Assembly (NCBI GenBank): GCA_947467125.1
Contig: CANIGN010000001.1
Location: 1-45,590 of the forward strand
Direction: 5' to 3'
Source: Bacteriovoracaceae bacterium
GTDB lineage: Bacteria; Bdellovibrionota; UBA2428
Length of the DNA stretch: 45,590 nt
The number at the start of each line of letters is the position of its first letter. Position 1 is the first letter of the stretch. The position numbers and the translations under genes are program-made. Below the pieces are notes generated by a model that saw only the letters and a list, made by a program, of their open reading frames with translations, had not been told where the DNA came from and ran no database searches. Positions 41,407 to 45,590 of this stretch are shown here, one piece after another.

Positions 41407-43401
41407 TTATTTTGCCAACCAAAACTTTTCCCACTCAAAACGATCTCGACGAAGTTGAGCAGGAATATAATCAGGATCAAGAGAAAGCGCTTCTTCAATC
41501 TTTTGAAAGGAGGCTTTATATTCTCTTTTTTCTCTTAAAATAAGAGCTAAACCAAACACTGCATTTACATCGCGAGGATTACGACTTAAGGCTCCCTCAT
41601 AAAAAACAATTGCCTGATCATAAAGACCGCGTGCACGCTGAATATCCCCTGCAAAAGACCAAGGCCATGAACTTTTAATCGGTGAACCCGACAATCGAGA
41701 AAGTGTTCGAGTCACAATATCAGCCGCTCGATCCAAACGACCTGCATCTTTTTCCAAATAACTTGCAGCCATTTGAGACAAAGCAGCAGATTCATTTTGT
41801 AACTTATCAAGAACTTCTTTTGCGGAAACAGAAAGCGGATTCAACTCTAATCGAGAGAGTATCCATTCAACATATTTTCTCTGCCCCTCTGTTAAAGTAT
41901 CCGCCGCTCCATCAAGAGCGCTTCGATATCCTCGCACAACTTCATTTAAAAAAATCTGAAGAGCTAACGGCGCTCTCAGCGGAGCATCCACCATCACATC
42001 TGGGTCAAGGAGGAATGACTCTGTTAAAAGCAATGATAGCTTTGCTTTCGCTGAATCCTTGGAAGAATTTTTGAGGGCACGCATTCTCAAGCCCTGAACC
42101 CACAAATTACCTCTTGAATTTTCAAGTGCAGCTTTAAAGTTTTCTTCTGCATCCGCCCAGCGATCTTCTTCAGCAGCAATCAATCCCAACATTGCACGAG
42201 AGACCCAACAACTCTGCCCCTTACACAAACGCAAAGCTGTCGAAGCAAAATCCTTTGCCTCTTTGTAATCACGAGTTGCAAAGTAAGTCAGTGAGCGATT
42301 GATTAAAGTCGTCGAATCCGTTGGAACGATCTCCAATAATTTATCCAAAATTTTTCGAGCCTCATCTGTTTGTTGTTTCGAAAGAGCTAAAGCAGCCAAC
42401 ATATTAGAGGCCAAAACACGAGCTTCAAGCGAAGAAGATCCTGGCCCCGCTAAAACCCTTAAAAGTTTCATATCTGGCTCTGAAACAACCTTTGCTCCTT
42501 TTTCATAAGCTTCTAAAATCGGATCAAGCTTCATCAAAAGAGGAGAGCGATTTTCTTTTAAAATTTCAAAATTTTTAGCCTTGAGATACTCAGGCCATTC
42601 TTCGTTTTGTATATTTTGAGTTCCGGCATAAGGCTGCGGAGTATACCTTTGAGCACTCTTTTGAGTTTCTTGAGAAGCAGGTCCGAAATTTAAATAAACA
42701 AGAACCCCTACAAGAGAAAGCCCTACAAAAAGCCACAAATAAACTCCGGCATTTAAAAACGAAGGCGTTTTTCTCGCATGAGAAGCCTGACTTTTCTGAA
42801 CTTGTGGAACTGGACGAACGATGGTTTCAGTCGCTTCTCCTCTCTTTACAGCCTCAGCATTCACAGATGGCTTTTCATCAACCTTCGACTGAGGAGAAAC
42901 TTGAAGAGGAGACTGAACCAGATCTTCCTTGTTTACTGCTTCAGCTGATGAAGGAGCCGTTGCCGTTTGAGTTTCAGTTACAGATCCCGTTAAGGAATGC
43001 GTAACAGTAAAATCCTCAGACGCTAGCTGATCAAATGAAACTTCAGAAATAACATCACTCACAACTTTCCATGTTCCTTGTGGAATCAAAAGCTCATCAC
43101 GCTTGGTGAGAAGCTTTTCTTCGCATAAAGAAACAATCTGACTTTTTGAAAAAGGACCCAAAACAAGTCCCCCTTTAAATTCAGATTCAAGATTGGTTTT
43201 AACCTTTGTTTTACTAACAATTTTATCGAGTCTTGCGCCTGTTTTTAATTTGAGTAAAAACTTACCTTGATCAATTTCTGCTGGGACCTTCTCTCCCAAG
43301 ATCTGCTCAATAGGAAGTAAAGACCGACCCGATTGCGTGTGCGCATCCGTTTTTGTGAACTCTTTTTTTTCGCTCACGGTCTCGTCTTTTTTCTTAGTCA
43401 T
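41407..43401 (-). CDS. membrane-anchored TPR-repeat protein with N-terminal GYF_2-like domain
   Basis: GGLVLGPFSKSQIVSLCEEKLLTKRDELLIPQGTWKVV is GYF_2/DUF4339-like. There is a single TM (VYLWLFVGLSLVGVLVYL) and multiple TPR-like helical pairs to the C-terminus (AIVFYEGALSRNPRDVNAVFGLALIL...). Confidence 0.7.
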   Translation of the reverse strand: MTKKKDETVSEKKEFTKTDAHTQSGRSLLPIEQILGEKVPAEIDQGKFLLKLKTGARLDKIVSKTKVKTNLESEFKGGLVLGPFSKSQIVSLCEEKLLTKRDELLIPQGTWKVVSDVISEVSFDQLASEDFTVTHSLTGSVTETQTATAPSSAEAVNKEDLVQSPLQVSPQSKVDEKPSVNAEAVKRGEATETIVRPVPQVQKSQASHARKTPSFLNAGVYLWLFVGLSLVGVLVYLNFGPASQETQKSAQRYTPQPYAGTQNIQNEEWPEYLKAKNFEILKENRSPLLMKLDPILEAYEKGAKVVSEPDMKLLRVLAGPGSSSLEARVLASNMLAALALSKQQTDEARKILDKLLEIVPTDSTTLINRSLTYFATRDYKEAKDFASTALRLCKGQSCWVSRAMLGLIAAEEDRWADAEENFKAALENSRGNLWVQGLRMRALKNSSKDSAKAKLSLLLTESFLLDPDVMVDAPLRAPLALQIFLNEVVRGYRSALDGAADTLTEGQRKYVEWILSRLELNPLSVSAKEVLDKLQNESAALSQMAASYLEKDAGRLDRAADIVTRTLSRLSGSPIKSSWPWSFAGDIQRARGLYDQAIVFYEGALSRNPRDVNAVFGLALILREKREYKASFQKIEEALSLDPDYIPAQLRRDRFEWEKFWLAK

Positions 43402-43410
43402 GCGTTTTCT

Positions 43411-44844
43411 CTAACGCCCCGACAGTAAAAAGAAAAAGTTTTTTAAATCACTATCATCAAAAGACAATCCTATTCCGCCAAAAAATGACTTTGAACGATT
43501 TGAAGTCACTTTAGCAGCAAGATCGTCATAACCTGCTTGCACAAAAATAGAATCTAAGAAGAGAAATCTTGCGAGGACTCTCACTCGAGCATTTTCATTA
43601 TCTCTTCCAAAATCAAACGCTTCAGCCGTTAAAAAAAGATGATCACGCCAAAGCTCTTGGTCAAAGCCCACTCCACCTGTGCTTTCAAACAAACCCACTC
43701 TTAAACTTGTCCTATAAATTTTACGAATAAACTGAAGGTTAAACTTAAAAGCAGTCTTATCGTAACTTTCTTCAATTGTGACAACAGGAGCTCCCCCATT
43801 AACACTTACACTCTTTTCAGTTTTTGTGAGACGACCACCCGGATCTTGAACCAATCCAAACTTATAACCGTAAGAACTACGAGGCATCATCTTCAAATCA
43901 AAGTAGGATTTAGATTTATGAGTTCCCGTTAAATAGTTCGTACTCATATCAACGGTGATCTGTGTACGTTTTGCTCTATCCAAATACTCATTGATGGAAT
44001 TAAGAGCGCGCACCAACTGATCCGCAGTTTGGGGATCATTGACGAGCTTTCCAATCGTTCCTTCACCTTTGTTTATTTTATCTGAAACATCTTTAATATT
44101 TTGAACAGCATCATGAAGCCCATGGATCGCTTCTTTTAAATCTGTTCTTGTATTTTTCTCTCCAATATCTCGAAGAATTAAATCTAAATTATCTGCAGAA
44201 CGCCTGATCGCTTTGACCGCATCGCTGATATCGCCCTTATTATCATGAATTATCTCTTTGAGATCTTTCGCAAGGACTTTCACATCTTGGCTGATATCAC
44301 CAAGCTTTCTCATAACATCATCTGCAGATGCTGTTCCCTGTCTTGAGGGAATCGTATCGCCTGACTGATACAATTCATCAGCAACGGCCATAGGCAAAAG
44401 CAAATTCAAAAAATTAAAAGAACTGGTAGAGCCCTCTGTTTTTGGTAAAAGCTTCAATCCACTTTTCTCAAGCTTTTGTCGTTCATCATCGTTTTCTGGA
44501 ATCACGATTTCTAAAAAGCGATCTCCTAAAATTCCCTGAGAACGAGGAAGAACATAAGATCCTTTTTCAATCTTATGTCCACGATCAAGAATAATTAAAA
44601 CTTTTGCTTTTCCCTCAACAAGGTCGATGTTTTTAACAACTCCCACGTTGATTCCTGAAATTTTTACCTTTGAGCTTTTAAATATCCCCGTAGCATCATT
44701 CAAAAAGACTGTGTATTCCGTACCCGGACGAAAAACAGGTGAGTCGGTGATTTTTAGGGAAAAAAGACCCACGACAAAGATGCCTAATAATACAAAAAGA
44801 CCTGATAATAATTCACGGTCATACCCGTGCGTTTGTGGCCTCAC
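43411..44844 (-). CDS. MlaD/MCE-domain protein with long helical and C-terminal beta-rich extension
   Basis: An N-terminal TM is followed by the MCE core YTVFLNDATGIFKSSKVKISGINVGVVKNIDLVEGKAKVLIILD. The GTG start overlaps the upstream ATPase stop (GTGA). Confidence 0.8.
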   Translation of the reverse strand: MRPQTHGYDRELLSGLFVLLGIFVVGLFSLKITDSPVFRPGTEYTVFLNDATGIFKSSKVKISGINVGVVKNIDLVEGKAKVLIILDRGHKIEKGSYVLPRSQGILGDRFLEIVIPENDDERQKLEKSGLKLLPKTEGSTSSFNFLNLLLPMAVADELYQSGDTIPSRQGTASADDVMRKLGDISQDVKVLAKDLKEIIHDNKGDISDAVKAIRRSADNLDLILRDIGEKNTRTDLKEAIHGLHDAVQNIKDVSDKINKGEGTIGKLVNDPQTADQLVRALNSINEYLDRAKRTQITVDMSTNYLTGTHKSKSYFDLKMMPRSSYGYKFGLVQDPGGRLTKTEKSVSVNGGAPVVTIEESYDKTAFKFNLQFIRKIYRTSLRVGLFESTGGVGFDQELWRDHLFLTAEAFDFGRDNENARVRVLARFLFLDSIFVQAGYDDLAAKVTSNRSKSFFGGIGLSFDDSDLKNFFFLLSGR

Positions 44845-45590
44845 TGACGTGCTCCCTCGAAGCTTTTTCGGCTAACTCCTGCAGAGCTTAAGAACTGTTG
44901 AACAATATCGTGACGAGAATTCATTAAATCTTCGGGAGTTCCAAATTCAATAATCTTTCCCTGCCAAAGAAATGCCAAATAGTCTGAAATACGTAAAGCT
45001 GCGTGAATATCATGTGAAATCATAAAAACTGTACTCTTAAAACGTTTTGAGGTTTCGACAATTAAATCGTCAATTTTATAGGTGGTTACAGGATCCAAAC
45101 CCGTTGTGGGCTCATCACAAAGAAGAATCTCCGGATCAAGCGCCAAAGCACGAGCAAGCCCCACTCTTTTCTTCATTCCGCCTGAAAGTTCATCGGGCAT
45201 TTTAAAAAATTCATTTCGAGAAAGCTCAACGAGCGTCAATAAATCTTCAACTTTTCGCTCGATCATCTCTTCCGTCAAATAACCTTGATGCTCACGCAAA
45301 GGAAAAGCCACATTGTCATAAACATTTAAGCTATCAAAAAGAGCAACTTCCTGAAAAAGCATTCCAAAACTTTGACGGACTTCACGAAGGGCCTCACCTT
45401 TTAGATTCACCACATCGTGGCCTTTAACAAGAACATGCCCCTTATCGGGCTTCATCAAACCCAAGATATGCCTCAATAAGACAGACTTTCCCGTACCTGA
45501 GAACCCCAGCATGGTCACAATTTTTCCCTTGGGGATTTCTAGATTAAGACCGCTTAGAATCTTTCGCTCTCCAAAACTTTTCCAAACATC
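44841..45590 (-). CDS. ABC transporter ATP-binding protein (MlaF-like), 5' end beyond window
   Basis: The frame stays open to the window edge (DVWKSFGERKILSGLNLEIPKGKIVTMLGFSGTGKS is Walker A). The ABC signature is LSGGMKKRVGLARAL and Walker B is ILLCDEPTTGLD. Confidence 0.88.
   Translation of the reverse strand, partial: DVWKSFGERKILSGLNLEIPKGKIVTMLGFSGTGKSVLLRHILGLMKPDKGHVLVKGHDVVNLKGEALREVRQSFGMLFQEVALFDSLNVYDNVAFPLREHQGYLTEEMIERKVEDLLTLVELSRNEFFKMPDELSGGMKKRVGLARALALDPEILLCDEPTTGLDPVTTYKIDDLIVETSKRFKSTVFMISHDIHAALRISDYLAFLWQGKIIEFGTPEDLMNSRHDIVQQFLSSAGVSRKSFEGARQ

Overview
The window looks like a chromosomal segment from a low-GC (about 40% by eye) Gram-negative bacterium. It carries LptE-like, MlaD/MlaF-like and System II (CcsBA) cytochrome c maturation genes. 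The gene content and the many signal-peptide proteins are reminiscent of Bdellovibrionota/Oligoflexia-type organisms, but I cannot verify the taxon. All family names below come from motifs I read in the translations, not from database searches.

I support about 39 protein genes. I found no rRNA, tRNA, CRISPR array, transposase or integrase.

Most of the window is housekeeping:
- Respiration and cytochrome maturation: cytochrome c, SCO1, ccsA, ccsB
- Pyrimidine and amino acid metabolism: carA, carB, pyrD, ilvE, hmgA
- RNA, translation and DNA: rnr, prfB (with its programmed +1 frameshift, which the ORF track misses), ybeY, rpsT, nth, engB, surE, holA-like
- Envelope and other: M23 peptidase, ABC1 kinase, srkA, lptE-like, MlaD, MlaF

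Four stretches deserve a second look:
1. 24565-30479 holds two tandem paralogous secreted proteins. Each has 5-6 Cys-paired Ig-like repeats and a C-terminal ParB/sulfiredoxin-like domain. One copy keeps the LHPTQ and DGHH motifs and the other has lost them.
2. 8930-15734 is a tightly packed co-directional array of a NodU/CmcH-type carbamoyltransferase, an SxtJ-like membrane protein, an untracked 50-aa DUF5989-like micro-ORF, then carA and carB. This links an orphan carbamoylation cassette to its carbamoyl-phosphate supply.
3. 1350-6833 is a divergent cluster of three signal-peptide proteins with no recognisable family, including a 1040-aa protein and a protein made of three ~104-aa tandem modules.
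4. 22398-23219 encodes a signal-peptide J-domain-like protein whose HPD motif reads HGD.

I cannot show that any of these is a genuinely new system. The paralog pair is my best candidate.
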